Shown here in pieces: positions 37,613 through 49,380 of a stretch of DNA of 64,000 nucleotides (positions are counted from its first letter, which is position 1; each line of letters begins with the position of its first letter). The stretch lies in the NCBI GenBank assembly GCA_028713005.1, contig JAQTPC010000004.1, positions 2,745-66,744 of the forward strand, read 5' to 3'. Made by a program: the position numbers and the translations under genes. The notes below the pieces were generated by a model. That model ran no database searches, was not told the origin of the DNA, and worked only from the letters and a program-made list of their open reading frames with translations. The DNA is from Minisyncoccota bacterium. GTDB lineage: Bacteria; Patescibacteriota; Minisyncoccia; Phycocordibacterales; PALSA-1337.

Positions 37613-37990
37613 TTATTTTTTAGCTGTAGCCTTCTTTACGGTCTTTTTCGACTTCTTTGCAACTCCTGGAGCAAGAACAACGAGGATATGACTTGTACGA
37701 AGTGCAATAGGGTGAGCTGAACCACGTGATACAGGCATTGAACGCTTCATGACAAAGCCCTGATCAACACGAATCTCTTTGACGATGAGTCCTTCTGGAC
37801 CGATCTTGAAATTGTGAGATGCGTTTGCAACAGCTGAGTCGATGAGGACTGAGATAGGGTGACGAGCCTTCTTTGCAGCAAAACCGAGGATAGTCTGTGC
37901 GTCTACAACACTCTTGCCGCGGATCATGTCAGCGACGACACGAACTTTACGAGGAGCGATGCGAGTATTTTTGAGTGAGGCAGTAATCAT
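37613..37990 (-). CDS. rplV: 50S ribosomal protein L22
   Basis: RIAPRKVRVVADMIRGKSVVDAQTILGF. Confidence 0.9.
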   Translation of the reverse strand: MITASLKNTRIAPRKVRVVADMIRGKSVVDAQTILGFAAKKARHPISVLIDSAVANASHNFKIGPEGLIVKEIRVDQGFVMKRSMPVSRGSAHPIALRTSHILVVLAPGVAKKSKKTVKKATAKK

Positions 37991-37999
37991 ATAAATGTA

Positions 38000-38347
38000 T
38001 TATTTCTTTGTAGCAGTAGTAGCGGCTTCCTTTGCTGATTTTGCAGCTGAAACTTCTGCTTCCTTTGCCTTGAGCTCAATCTCCTTTTGCATCTTACCAC
38101 CGTGACGTACGAACTTGCGTGTAGGTGAGAATTCACCGAGGCGGTGTCCAACCATATCCTCGGTGACTAGAACTTCAATATGAGCACGACCGTTGTGTAC
38201 GCCAAAAGTAAAACCGAGCATCTCAGGAGAGATCTGACTGCGACGTGACCATGTCTTGATAACGCCAGTAGTAGCAGGCTTTTTGCCAGCTATTTTCTTG
38301 AGGAGTCTTTCCTCGACATATGGACCTTTCTTGAGTGATCGTGCCAT
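38000..38347 (-). CDS. rpsS: 30S ribosomal protein S19 with Ala/Lys-rich C-terminal extension
   Basis: [19 protein letters not shown]...[27 protein letters not shown]. The start is taken at the internal Met of the longer ORF. Confidence 0.85.
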   Translation of the reverse strand: MARSLKKGPYVEERLLKKIAGKKPATTGVIKTWSRRSQISPEMLGFTFGVHNGRAHIEVLVTEDMVGHRLGEFSPTRKFVRHGGKMQKEIELKAKEAEVSAAKSAKEAATTATKK

Positions 38348-38548
38348 GGAATAAGTAAATGTAGAATTAAAAAAGCTCAAATGAGCGTGAGAGGTATAGT
38401 AGCAGAGCCAGATTTCGAAGTCAAGCATTTAGGGCTTATTTTCATAAATATTAGAAAATGTGGCGGACTTTCGTAGAGCTTTAATAGAAGTAAGATAATA
38501 AAAAACCGGACTTCCCTGTGAAGGAGGTCCGGGTGTGCGAAATGAAGA

Positions 38549-38908
38549 TTAATCATTGTAACTGAATTTTCCAAAGCACAAACATTCAGATGTAAAACCA
38601 ATATTAATTTGATCAAATGATACTCCAGCAAACTGCTTTCGCACACCTTGCAAAAAGTGTTCGAAAACACAGCCTGGTTGTAGTGGGTCCACTGGATGAT
38701 TGTTCAGTGGCGGTATTTGCTCGTCTGTGAGTGGTGCATGATAATCGCAGGGCTCAAAATATAGATAGTAGTTTTCAATGCGCATAGTTAAGGCACAAAA
38801 GTGATTACCCTTGTAACTCCTTTGAGCGAACTCGACGATTTCAAAAACTGTAGGCCCTGAATCAAGACCTACATATATTAACATCGGAAATTCTTCATCT
38901 GCATTCAT
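38549..38908 (-). CDS. Hypothetical protein (119 aa) inserted between rplB and rpsS
   Basis: ORF with natural-looking composition and no family recognised. The L2 terminator precedes it. Confidence 0.4.
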   Translation of the reverse strand: MNADEEFPMLIYVGLDSGPTVFEIVEFAQRSYKGNHFCALTMRIENYYLYFEPCDYHAPLTDEQIPPLNNHPVDPLQPGCVFEHFLQGVRKQFAGVSFDQINIGFTSECLCFGKFSYND

Positions 38909-39002
38909 ATCGAAATCCTTTCTGTTAAGGTTCCTTGGTTTAAGTCACTGTAATCTGGTACCAATATTAAGTCAAACACTCAGTAAGTGATTTTTCGAAA
39001 GC

Positions 39003-39040
39003 AAAAAACACCCTTTCGGGTGCCTTTTGCTTTTACCTTA
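39003..39040 (-). terminator. Rho-independent terminator immediately downstream of rplB
   Basis: Minus strand reads GCAAAAGGCACCC-GAAA-GGGTG-TTTTTTGCTTT. Confidence 0.55.
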
Positions 39041-39160
39041 AATTGACTGGGTTTTAACCAAGAAATTCTTTGGTGATAACTATCATCGTAACCTTTTCCA
39101 TAACTGCCTTCGTTACTTTGACAAAAATCTTGTGTAATCCATGAGCTACGTTTCTCATAA

Positions 39161-40012
39161 TTAGAGCTTTGTACTCTTCTTACCAACCTGACGGCGAGAA
39201 ACAATAAAGACGTTTGAGTATTTCTTTGGTGTACGTGTCTTCTGACCCTTACCTGCTGGCTTACCCCAACGTGTCTTGAGACGGCGGAGACCACGACCCT
39301 GACGCTGTTCACCACCACCGTATGGATGATCCACTGGGTTCTGAGCAGTACCACGAACTGTTGGGCGGATACCCATCCAGCGTGAGCGACCTGCTTTACC
39401 AATGTTAACAAGGCGATTTTCTTCATTTGAAACAGCACCGATACTTGCCCATGCATCTTCGTGAATCTTGCGAACTTCTGTTGAAGGCATCTTGATGTGA
39501 GTATAACCTGCATCATTAGCGATAACCTGAGCAAATGAGCCTGCTGAACGAACGAGCTTTGATCCTGAGCCTGGCTTTACTTCGATATTGAAAACGAAAG
39601 CGCCGACAGGGATCTTTTTGAGCGGGAGACGGTTACCTGTTGTAACAGGAGCGTTTTGACTTACGATAAAAGAATTACCTACTTTCATTGTCTTTGGGAG
39701 GAGAACGTAACGTTTCTCACCATCCTTGTATGCAACAAGACCAATATAACCCGTACGGAATGGATCGTATTCAATGGTCTTCACAGTTGCATTGATGTCC
39801 TTTTTGTCATACATGAAATCAATCTCGCGATAGAGTTTCTTGTGACCGCCACCCTGGTGACGAACTGTAATGCGACCATGCGCATTGCGTCCTACGTCAC
39901 GCTTGAAACCGTGAGTAAGAGGCTTATATGGTTCACTGACTGTGAGGTACTCCTTGAATGGGAGAACAGTCATGTGTCGACGTGATTTTGAGGTTGGGCG
40001 GAATGATTTCAT
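39161..40012 (-). CDS. rplB: 50S ribosomal protein L2
   Basis: L2 consensus (GGGHKKLYR, VRGTAQNPVDHPYGGGE). Confidence 0.9.
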   Translation of the reverse strand: MKSFRPTSKSRRHMTVLPFKEYLTVSEPYKPLTHGFKRDVGRNAHGRITVRHQGGGHKKLYREIDFMYDKKDINATVKTIEYDPFRTGYIGLVAYKDGEKRYVLLPKTMKVGNSFIVSQNAPVTTGNRLPLKKIPVGAFVFNIEVKPGSGSKLVRSAGSFAQVIANDAGYTHIKMPSTEVRKIHEDAWASIGAVSNEENRLVNIGKAGRSRWMGIRPTVRGTAQNPVDHPYGGGEQRQGRGLRRLKTRWGKPAGKGQKTRTPKKYSNVFIVSRRQVGKKSTKL

Positions 40013-40040
40013 GTTAATAAATTAAATAATTGAAAAATGA

Positions 40041-40442
40041 TTATACAAAGTCGATCTTATCCCCTTTCTTCAAGGTAACGACTGCTTTGCGCATACCAGA
40101 TACAACACCCTTCTTGCCACGAACAAAGACATTTTTTGAAGGAAGATTGACAACAGTCACTTTGACTGGAGTTACCTTATAAAGTACTTTGACTGCTTGA
40201 GCGATCGAAGGCTTGTTTGCACCTTTTGTAACAACGAACGTGTACACACCACCTTGACTGAGGATACCTGCCTTCTCTGTGATATGTGGACGAAGGATGA
40301 TAGACGCCGCTGACATTGGCGCAACATGTACCACAGCTGGAGCAACTGCAGTCGATTTCTTTTCAACAGCTTTCTTTGCAGCTGGTTTTACAGTCTTCTC
40401 TACTACTTCTGTCTTTGTCTTTTTTGAACCGAATATAGCCAT
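40041..40442 (-). CDS. rplW: 50S ribosomal protein L23 with N-terminal extension
   Basis: IILRPHITEKA...YTFVV...KVTVVN. Confidence 0.85.
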   Translation of the reverse strand: MAIFGSKKTKTEVVEKTVKPAAKKAVEKKSTAVAPAVVHVAPMSAASIILRPHITEKAGILSQGGVYTFVVTKGANKPSIAQAVKVLYKVTPVKVTVVNLPSKNVFVRGKKGVVSGMRKAVVTLKKGDKIDFV

Positions 40443-40451
40443 AATAGTAAA

Positions 40452-41120
40452 TTAAGCTTTTGTAACCTTAGCTGATAATGCCTTGAGTGAATTCTCAGGA
40501 TTGACGACGATAAGATATGAGTGATTCATCAAAGAAACTGGGTTAATGTTACGGAATTCTTCGATAGAAACATTGCCAAAGTTCTTGAAACTCTTGTCGA
40601 CAGCCTCTGTTCTCTTATCGAAAGCGATGAGTGCTGCGTTCTTTTTCTTTGTAGCAACTTTCTCAAAGCCCTTGATACCACCAAAAGCGGTAAGAATAGC
40701 ACGCGCATCCTTTGCCTTTGGCTTTGCAAGAGAAATAGCATCGACAAAGAGGATTTCACCATCTTTCCACTTGCGTGAGAGAACTGTGAGAAGAGCCTTA
40801 TCCTTGACCTTCTTGTTGATCTTGCGATCGAAATTCTGATCATTGCGTGGACCATGAGTAACACCACCACCAACCCAGATAGGTGAGCGTGATGAACCGT
40901 GACGAGCACGACCTGTACCTTTTTGCTTCCATGGCTTCTTGCCACCACCACGAACTTCACCACGTGTTTTTGTATGAGCGACGTTTGTGCGTGAATTTGA
41001 ATTCATAAGACGAACAACTTCGTGGACGAGGTCAGCATTCCATGGCATGTCAAAGATACCGACAGGAAGTTTGAACTTTCCTGCTTCTTTGCCTGTTTGA
41101 TTGTAGATTTTTGTTTCCAT
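40452..41120 (-). CDS. rplD: 50S ribosomal protein L4
   Basis: KPWKQKGTGRARHGSSRSPIWVGGGVTHGPR. Confidence 0.9.
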   Translation of the reverse strand: METKIYNQTGKEAGKFKLPVGIFDMPWNADLVHEVVRLMNSNSRTNVAHTKTRGEVRGGGKKPWKQKGTGRARHGSSRSPIWVGGGVTHGPRNDQNFDRKINKKVKDKALLTVLSRKWKDGEILFVDAISLAKPKAKDARAILTAFGGIKGFEKVATKKKNAALIAFDKRTEAVDKSFKNFGNVSIEEFRNINPVSLMNHSYLIVVNPENSLKALSAKVTKA

Positions 41121-41134
41121 GATGGTATAAATGA

Positions 41135-41740
41135 TTAACCTACGATCTCCACTAATGTACCTCTCTTTCCTGGGATTGCTCCAGCAACATACATGACATT
41201 TTCGTCTGCGTCAATGTGAGCGACCTTGAGGTTCTTGACTGTAATACGATCACTTCCCATACGGCCTGCCATGCGCATACCGACTGGAACACGAGTACGG
41301 AGACCGCCACCGATAGAACCTGGTTCACGTTCTGAGTGCTTTTGACCGTGTGAACGTGGTCCACCACCGAAACCATGGCGCTTAACAACACCTTGGAAGC
41401 CTTTACCTTTTGAAATAGCTGATACCGTGATGACATCCCCTACTGCAAATTGTGAAAGCTCTACTTTGTCGCCAGTCTTAACTACTGGAGCATCAACACG
41501 AAACTCTGCAACTGCTGCAAAATTACCCATATCCTTGAACTGGCCTTTTTGAGCCTTATTGATGCGTCCTGGATTGCGTGTACCTTCACCAATCTGGACA
41601 GCCTCATAGCCATCTACGTCCTTTGTTCGGACTTGAGTGACGACATTACCGCGTACCGTGACGAGAGTCACTGGTATAACAGCGCCAGAAGCGTCATATA
41701 TCTGGGCCATATTCAGTTTTCTTCCTAGAATGAATTTCAT
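41135..41740 (-). CDS. rplC: 50S ribosomal protein L3
   Basis: Start trimmed to MKFILGRKLNM. Contains KGKGFQGVVKRHGFGGGPRSHG. Confidence 0.85.
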   Translation of the reverse strand: MKFILGRKLNMAQIYDASGAVIPVTLVTVRGNVVTQVRTKDVDGYEAVQIGEGTRNPGRINKAQKGQFKDMGNFAAVAEFRVDAPVVKTGDKVELSQFAVGDVITVSAISKGKGFQGVVKRHGFGGGPRSHGQKHSEREPGSIGGGLRTRVPVGMRMAGRMGSDRITVKNLKVAHIDADENVMYVAGAIPGKRGTLVEIVG

Positions 41741-41747
41741 GTCAGTA

Positions 41748-41830
41748 TAATTAGTAATCGGTAAACAGTAATTAGTAATCAGAAAGAAGTCCAGCTTCTG
41801 TTTACTGATTACTATTCTCTGTTTACTTTT
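41748..41830. repeat. Cluster of GTAAACAG / TAATCAG direct and inverted repeats between rpsJ and rplC
   Basis: taatcggtaaacagtaattagtaatcag...ctgtttactgattact...ctgtttact; copies of the same motif occur at 20222-20270 and 24201-24230. Confidence 0.5.
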
Positions 41831-41834
41831 CAAG

Positions 41835-42224
41835 CTACATCATCTTTACGTCTATATTGACTCCAGATGGTAGACTCAAGTTCGTTAGGGCTTCGATAAC
41901 TTTTGGATTTGGGTTGATAATATCTATGAGACGCTTGTGAACACGCATTTCGAACTGTTCACGACTGTTCTTGTCGATGAATGATGAACGGTTAACGGTG
42001 TACTTTTTGATCTCTGTTGGGAGAGGTACTGGACCGTTGACTGTTACGTCATATCTCGAAGCGATATCCATGATCTGACGAAGTGAAGCGTCGAGGATCT
42101 TGTGCTCATAGGCACGAACACGGATGCGAAGATGAGAGACTTCCCCTTCTGCCTTAACCTTCTTTGCGCGAGGCGCAGCCTTGGTTGCAGGAGATTTCTT
42201 TGTTGTTTCTTTAGCGGTAGTCAT
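41835..42224 (-). CDS. rpsJ: 30S ribosomal protein S10 with Lys/Ala-rich N-terminal extension
   Basis: LRIRVRAYEHKILDAS...HKRLIDI. Confidence 0.85.
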   Translation of the reverse strand: MTTAKETTKKSPATKAAPRAKKVKAEGEVSHLRIRVRAYEHKILDASLRQIMDIASRYDVTVNGPVPLPTEIKKYTVNRSSFIDKNSREQFEMRVHKRLIDIINPNPKVIEALTNLSLPSGVNIDVKMM

Positions 42225-42249
42225 GATAATCAGTCTCTATAAAGAGGAT

Positions 42250-43440
<1,191 letters not shown>

Positions 43441-43600
43441 AGTATTATTTGTTTAGTGCTTTACCTTTTTACGTTTAGGCGTGATGCCAAACATCAAAAG
43501 ATAAAGATAAAGTTATTAATAGTTTATAAAACCGCCGGGTAGGCGAATAGGAAAGAGCATATCATATGTCTATAATATGTGCAAATATTCTACGCTTTAC

Positions 43601-45373
43601 CTAATACGATGGCGTAGGAGCACACGAGTAACCAGTTGGGCACGGAGGTAAACCTATTGTGAAGTAGGCATCACTATAATCGTACGCTTGCATGGTTACT
43701 CCTTTGTTGAGGGTCACGTAAAGCCGGTACAAGCCCGGTGCTGTAAAATATGGCAACGAAACATTGACTAACAAACTGAAATTTTTAATTCCAGGCGATG
43801 CTACATGCTGCGTTGACATAAGTGTCTGCTTATTCAACGAATCTACAGCGTAAACATATACAGTATCACCAATCAGAGCAGAATCCCCTGTTACATTTAG
43901 TGTAACTGTCTTGTATGTTGATGTTTGCCACTGCTCCCCACCGTTTGGCGAGATAATATTGATATCCGGTACATTTGATGTTTGAGTTGAACTAATCGTA
44001 AACACATTGTCGCTTGAGTCACAGTTAGTTGTGCCCGTCTCGCAAATTTGAACAGTATATTGTCCATCGGGCATTGTTTGTACTATTCCTGAATAATTGA
44101 GAGCGGTGCCTACATTCCAACTATATGAATTTTGGTTAATCGGGATATTCGTAGCTATAGTATATGGCGCATAGGCAATAGCTGGACAAAATTGAGTAGT
44201 ACACACAAATTTCTGCATAATCTTGAGATCGGCATATGTGGCACGGAAATAGTAAGGAGATGACCATGTTATGTTTTGCGTCGTTCCTCGCACCCATGCT
44301 TCCCCGCCATTTGGAGAGATAATTTTGAGTGATCCGGCCGTTGTTCCACTAGTTACAACTATAGTTGAAGTAGTTTGAACCTGCTGACCAGAACTATTCA
44401 TAACTATAACCGTAACTGTGTATGTCCCCGGATTTATATATGAATGTGTAAATGTAGTCATTTGAGAAAACGTTGCCAGAGGATCAGCTACGCCTGCAGG
44501 CACATAATATGATGGCTCATCGCCCCAGCGAATACGATAACTCAACGTACCATTCAAGGGATCTGTAGCGCGCACAGTCCATGTCCCTGTTTGTCCAACT
44601 GCGAGAGTAGTTGGCGCATCGACACCGTTTATTACTGGAGCGTTACCTGTAGTAACCGGGTTGGATGTAATCGTAAAGTTTGAATCACTTTCAGCACACG
44701 TTGATCCATCTGCTGGGCAAATTTGTACTTTATATTGACCTTCTGTGATAGCACTTGAATCAAGTGGACACGATGAATCATCAATTGATGTGAGACACCA
44801 ATTTGCTCGTGCTGTACCCACGTTCCACGAGTATGATTTTGCACTCAAATTAACTCCTTTTGCAATAGTAAGAGGCGCACGAACCATAACCATACATTTA
44901 ATAGGTTGCCCTGGTTGTGCGCAGGCTGGAGTTGGGAATACAAGTTTAATATCTCCTTTTTGAGCCAGAACATTCGCTGAACCACTCCAGGTAATGTTTT
45001 GTATAGTACCCTTTACCCATGTTTCGCCACCATTTGGAGAAGTTACCTTAAATGAAGCGTTGTTCGGATTGCTATGACCATTGATATAGCCACGCGTCAT
45101 CGGTCCAAAATATCCAAATGCAGGAAAGCCTAATGACAGTTGATAGCGTATTAACGCCAACTTTGTTTGTGAACCAAAATATCCTTTGACTGCAACACCT
45201 GAACTGACAGATGGAATATCAAAACCATTTGATATCAGCCATGTCTGAAGATTTGTAACATCTGACCCAGAACTACCAACTGATAGATCATTTGAAAAGA
45301 CGAAGTTCTGCGCATGAGCATTCGCAAAGACAACTGTACACGCAATGATAGTTAAGATAATGTATTTTTTCAT
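43601..45373 (-). CDS. Secreted surface protein: N-terminal peptidoglycan-binding-like domain + three SPNGGE-W beta-sandwich repeats
   Basis: Signal peptide, PG_binding_1-like GSSGSDVTNLQTWLISNGF...GYFGSQTKLAL, and three repeats containing SPNGGE(T/A/Q)W..G....ITW. Confidence 0.55.
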   Translation of the reverse strand: MKKYIILTIIACTVVFANAHAQNFVFSNDLSVGSSGSDVTNLQTWLISNGFDIPSVSSGVAVKGYFGSQTKLALIRYQLSLGFPAFGYFGPMTRGYINGHSNPNNASFKVTSPNGGETWVKGTIQNITWSGSANVLAQKGDIKLVFPTPACAQPGQPIKCMVMVRAPLTIAKGVNLSAKSYSWNVGTARANWCLTSIDDSSCPLDSSAITEGQYKVQICPADGSTCAESDSNFTITSNPVTTGNAPVINGVDAPTTLAVGQTGTWTVRATDPLNGTLSYRIRWGDEPSYYVPAGVADPLATFSQMTTFTHSYINPGTYTVTVIVMNSSGQQVQTTSTIVVTSGTTAGSLKIISPNGGEAWVRGTTQNITWSSPYYFRATYADLKIMQKFVCTTQFCPAIAYAPYTIATNIPINQNSYSWNVGTALNYSGIVQTMPDGQYTVQICETGTTNCDSSDNVFTISSTQTSNVPDINIISPNGGEQWQTSTYKTVTLNVTGDSALIGDTVYVYAVDSLNKQTLMSTQHVASPGIKNFSLLVNVSLPYFTAPGLYRLYVTLNKGVTMQAYDYSDAYFTIGLPPCPTGYSCAPTPSY

Positions 45374-45451
45374 ATATTAATGATGACGGATGAGATCTTT
45401 AATCCTTTCATGGTATAACAAAACCGACCAAACGTACATTTATATACGTAA

Positions 45452-45485
45452 AAGCCCGAAACATAGTGTTTCGGGCTTTTTTTGA
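45452..45485. terminator. Bidirectional terminator
   Basis: AAAAGCCCGAAACA-TAGTG-TTTCGGGCTTTTTTT. Confidence 0.5.
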
Positions 45486-45509
45486 TGTATATAAGTAATA
45501 TATATTGAA

Positions 45510-46061
45510 TTACATAATAGTTGTCGACGTAGATACTGGTGGAAGTGGCGGGTTCTCAACTTGAGGAGGCAATTTACGAGTACTTGTGGCTGTTTTATTC
45601 TTAATTTCTTCACGAATAATCTTGCCTACAGTTGATGTCCCCATCTGTGCGCCATTGATAAGCTTTCGTGCTATATCAAGCTTTTCTTGTGGAATAATCC
45701 CTGCTTTGAAAAGAATAGTGACGACTTGTTCAGGTGTGAGACGATGTTCCTGTTCCTTTTTTTCATCATCAAGCTTATCTTTCATCGGGCGTGTTGATGA
45801 CGCAAATGGCATCATCGGACGAGTACTACTACCTACATCTCTTCTCACTGATGTACTCGCAACTCTATCCTTCACTTCAACCTTAAATATATTGCCGAAG
45901 CCAAATCCTGGACGTCCCTGCTTAAAAACATCCCCTGCTGCAGCTTGCTGTTGTGTATATGCCATACCACTTGATACAGCCTCAAGTACAGCTGGATTTG
46001 TGAAGGTGAGAATCGAGAGACCGCCAAGAACAAGAACGTATTTGAAGTTTTTTCCAAACAT
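45510..46061 (-). CDS. Secreted hypothetical protein
   Basis: N-terminal signal peptide. No family recognised. Confidence 0.4.
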   Translation of the reverse strand: MFGKNFKYVLVLGGLSILTFTNPAVLEAVSSGMAYTQQQAAAGDVFKQGRPGFGFGNIFKVEVKDRVASTSVRRDVGSSTRPMMPFASSTRPMKDKLDDEKKEQEHRLTPEQVVTILFKAGIIPQEKLDIARKLINGAQMGTSTVGKIIREEIKNKTATSTRKLPPQVENPPLPPVSTSTTIM

Positions 46062-46074
46062 AGATAATAATTAA

Positions 46075-49000
46075 TTATTGATTAAATGAAGCCCCGAGCC
46101 AGTTGATATTTCCGACCGCATCCCACACTGCAGCAGATGGCATATTCTTTGTGACAGTAAAGTTGATTGTATTACTACTCTGCTTTTCTCCGTACACTTG
46201 GAGTGAATATACTCCTGGTGTTGCAAATGATGGCACTACCCCGACCACCTGAGTTCCACTAATTGATTTTGGCGTTATCTTTGTAGTGAAACCACCGACA
46301 GTCGCCTTGATCACTGAACCTGTAACAAAGCCATACCCAGTTATTGTGACCGTAGTTCCTGCAGGACCACTCGTTGGACTGATTGAGTTGATCGTAGGAA
46401 GGATGACTGGAGCAGGAGTTGAAACAGTTGGAGTCGTAGGATTACTAACTATAGTAGTAATTGTAGTCGCTGTTGGGATTGTCGCGGTCGGAGATGATCC
46501 TCCGCCTGAACTACCACCAGTTGACGTCACAGGTTGCGGTGAGTTTGTAAATCCAAGTGACACAACCTCTTTGTCAGACCCAAAACTACTTCCATTTGCG
46601 TCATACCCAGTAAGTACAAATGTTACATTTGGATTTGTCGACTGAATTGTTCCGTTATTATTTGCATCAACAGTCAACAAGAGAATATCTTGCGTTACAT
46701 CATAGTAGTAGCTTGAGTAATACGTCTGTACTGTATTACAAAGTTCTTTTTGATCCGGCGTTCGCATAGTTATCCCTGATGAACAAGTGATATCAAGAGC
46801 CCACTTTGATATATTTTTGTTATTTGCATCACCTTTTATCGCAGCCCAGATACCAACAGTTTGATTTCCATTACTATAAGTTGGGCTGACGAGTAGGTTA
46901 ACGAAAGGTGTGACTGGAGGTACAACTACTCCGCCCACAGTAACTTGTGCAGGTTCACTGACGCGACCGGCATTTACCACATATAGATTTACCTTTGTAC
47001 CTACCGGTAGATCTGATGGTGCAATTGCTCCAATAAGAGTGTCTCCGATTTGTGTTACCTGAGCGACATCTTTTCCGTTATAGGCAAAATATACAGTTGT
47101 ATCACCTTTATTTGCCATGGCAAAATTCTTACCTTCAATGAAGAAACTTTCTCCAGGATAAACAGTGAAGTCTTCTGCCGCTTTAGCTGAGACGCGTGTG
47201 ATGACTGGCTGAGCACTTGCTGGTGAATTCACAATCTGAAAATAACCACTTGTGCCCTGGACACTACCCCCTTTTGACCATGCATCGTAGACTTGGATCG
47301 CATATGTGCCGTTTGGAATAGATGCATCATACTTCCAATCAAATGTTCCTGTATTTGGTGCAGTTGCAACAATTGTTTTTGCAATTGAAGTGTTGTTTGC
47401 ACTAGGGTTTACAAGAACAATTCCCACCATGTGATCACCGAGACCTTTTGAATTCCATTTGATACGTGCGATAAGACCAGAATCTTTTGCTCCACTATTA
47501 TCAAGTACGTTTCCAGCTTGAGGATAAGTTACATTGATAGAACCTGTACTAATTCCTACATCTGGTGCAATTATCGTAAATGGCTTAGCACTTGCATCAG
47601 CTATTGCATTACCCTTATTTGTTGCCCATGAATGAAGAATTATTTTATATACTGGTTTATCGGTAACTGTAAGATCCATTGTTCCCTGCATTCTTGGGAT
47701 AGCCCAATCGTAAGAACCAGTATTTGGAATTGAATAAGCAATTATTTGTTCAGGTCTTTCCCCAGCTTCCGTACTGTATCTAATGTCAATTAACCCTATT
47801 TGCACATTTGCAGTTTCTGCAGCACCTGTACTCTTCCACTTGATAGTCACCTTACCATCACCTTTATTTGCATTAAGTACTTCACCACCGTTTAAATTCA
47901 ACAACTTAATTGATGAATTTTCATTTTTTGTCGATGAAGCAGTTGAGAAAAATTCTGAATACCCTATACCACTCACAGCAACTTGACCCTTTGCTCCATT
48001 ATTTACCTGACTGATAGCAAGCTGATACTTACTTGAAACAATTTTTGGTGTCCAACTATATACACATGAACCCTTACCAAGACCATAGCACTTCACTTGG
48101 TCTCTAGTGAGATTCTCAGCAATATTACCTTTTCCATAATCATTGAACTCTGTGATAGTAAAAGTAGAATCGTTTGCTACTTTATCTGAGAACCAGATCA
48201 CGTTGTACTTCTGACCAACCTTGAGTACATCACCTTTCTTTGGAGAGTAGAAACTGATTTTGATTGGATTAGTAGTTGTTGTCGTACCACCAGCAGCACA
48301 TGAAGCATTTAGTTTTTGAATTGTCAGTGGACCTACAAAACCATATGATGGCAATCCGACACTTGTTTGATACAACTTAACTGCCTCTAGTGTTTGAGGA
48401 CCAAAGTATCCGGTTATAAATTCTTTTGAAAGAAAACCGTTAGTAGCGAGAAACTGCTGGAGAGCGGTAACATCTGCACCAGTTGAACCAGTAGTCATAT
48501 TCAAACTGAATACGTAACAAGGTGTTCCTGTACTTCCACCTCCGCCGCCACCTCCAGTTGAAATTGGCGCTACAGTGATCGCGTCCTTATCAGAGCCAAC
48601 AGTAACGGAGTCCATCTGTGCTGTTACTGAAAGACCAATAAGATGTGATACTGAATCTTTGACCTTATAGCCAATATTCAATACATAACTATTGGCAGCT
48701 TGTAAAAGACCATTCGTTAAGACCTCACCGCAACTGCCACCTCCTTTTGTACTGACATCTATTTCTGAAGAATTACATGAGATTGTAAAAGTTACAGAAT
48801 TAAACTGCTGAGATGAAGAAATTGTGTAATCAAAAAACTGATATCCGTCCGTTGTGCCTTTTGATACGGAATTCAATGTGATACCAGATGTTGGTGGATA
48901 CGAGATGTTTGGATAATTTATATAAATCTGACCACCAGCACCAATCGTTTCAACATATATTTTGTTCTGAGAATTGGAGAACTTAAAATCTGCTGGCACC

Positions 49001-49380
49001 GCCCAACTTACGCCGTTTTGTCCTTTAAAAATAGGACTTACAGACGCGATGTCAGTCACTTTGACCCATTGTGACCCGACAAGATTATACAATGAGACAT
49101 TTACTGGATTTACTGTTCCAGACTCATACCAACTAATATTATACGTATTACCAGGCTGTACATTTGTAACTGACTGATTGCCTGAATACACTAAAACATT
49201 ATCAATCGAAACAACCGGCGTTGTCACCTGTGCCTGTGTCGACACTGTCGATATAAAGGCGATACTAAAAAGAATAACAAGAGAAAGTAAACTGAGTGTG
49301 ATTTCTTTTTCCAGGTGCTTGTACATAGATGTGATGGATGATTTTAATAATATTTTTAATACGAACATGTAACGAGACAA
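46075..49380 (-). CDS. Giant (1101 aa) secreted/cell-surface protein with PG-binding-like domain, poly-Gly linker and C-terminal IPT/TIG-like domain
   Basis: N-terminal TM/signal, GSTGADVTALQQFLATNGF...GYFGPQTLEAVKLYQ (PG_binding_1-like), GGGGGGGSTG, and C-terminal PTINSISPTSGPAGTTVTITGYGF (IPT/TIG-like). Confidence 0.55.
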   Translation of the reverse strand: MSRYMFVLKILLKSSITSMYKHLEKEITLSLLSLVILFSIAFISTVSTQAQVTTPVVSIDNVLVYSGNQSVTNVQPGNTYNISWYESGTVNPVNVSLYNLVGSQWVKVTDIASVSPIFKGQNGVSWAVPADFKFSNSQNKIYVETIGAGGQIYINYPNISYPPTSGITLNSVSKGTTDGYQFFDYTISSSQQFNSVTFTISCNSSEIDVSTKGGGSCGEVLTNGLLQAANSYVLNIGYKVKDSVSHLIGLSVTAQMDSVTVGSDKDAITVAPISTGGGGGGGSTGTPCYVFSLNMTTGSTGADVTALQQFLATNGFLSKEFITGYFGPQTLEAVKLYQTSVGLPSYGFVGPLTIQKLNASCAAGGTTTTTNPIKISFYSPKKGDVLKVGQKYNVIWFSDKVANDSTFTITEFNDYGKGNIAENLTRDQVKCYGLGKGSCVYSWTPKIVSSKYQLAISQVNNGAKGQVAVSGIGYSEFFSTASSTKNENSSIKLLNLNGGEVLNANKGDGKVTIKWKSTGAAETANVQIGLIDIRYSTEAGERPEQIIAYSIPNTGSYDWAIPRMQGTMDLTVTDKPVYKIILHSWATNKGNAIADASAKPFTIIAPDVGISTGSINVTYPQAGNVLDNSGAKDSGLIARIKWNSKGLGDHMVGIVLVNPSANNTSIAKTIVATAPNTGTFDWKYDASIPNGTYAIQVYDAWSKGGSVQGTSGYFQIVNSPASAQPVITRVSAKAAEDFTVYPGESFFIEGKNFAMANKGDTTVYFAYNGKDVAQVTQIGDTLIGAIAPSDLPVGTKVNLYVVNAGRVSEPAQVTVGGVVVPPVTPFVNLLVSPTYSNGNQTVGIWAAIKGDANNKNISKWALDITCSSGITMRTPDQKELCNTVQTYYSSYYYDVTQDILLLTVDANNNGTIQSTNPNVTFVLTGYDANGSSFGSDKEVVSLGFTNSPQPVTSTGGSSGGGSSPTATIPTATTITTIVSNPTTPTVSTPAPVILPTINSISPTSGPAGTTVTITGYGFVTGSVIKATVGGFTTKITPKSISGTQVVGVVPSFATPGVYSLQVYGEKQSSNTINFTVTKNMPSAAVWDAVGNINWLGASFNQ

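Noticed and set aside
38980-39534. 184-aa ORF on the minus strand overlapping rplB in another frame
   Set aside because: It lies wholly inside the well-supported L2 gene in an alternative frame, with arginine/valine-rich antisense-like composition. It is a spurious frame.
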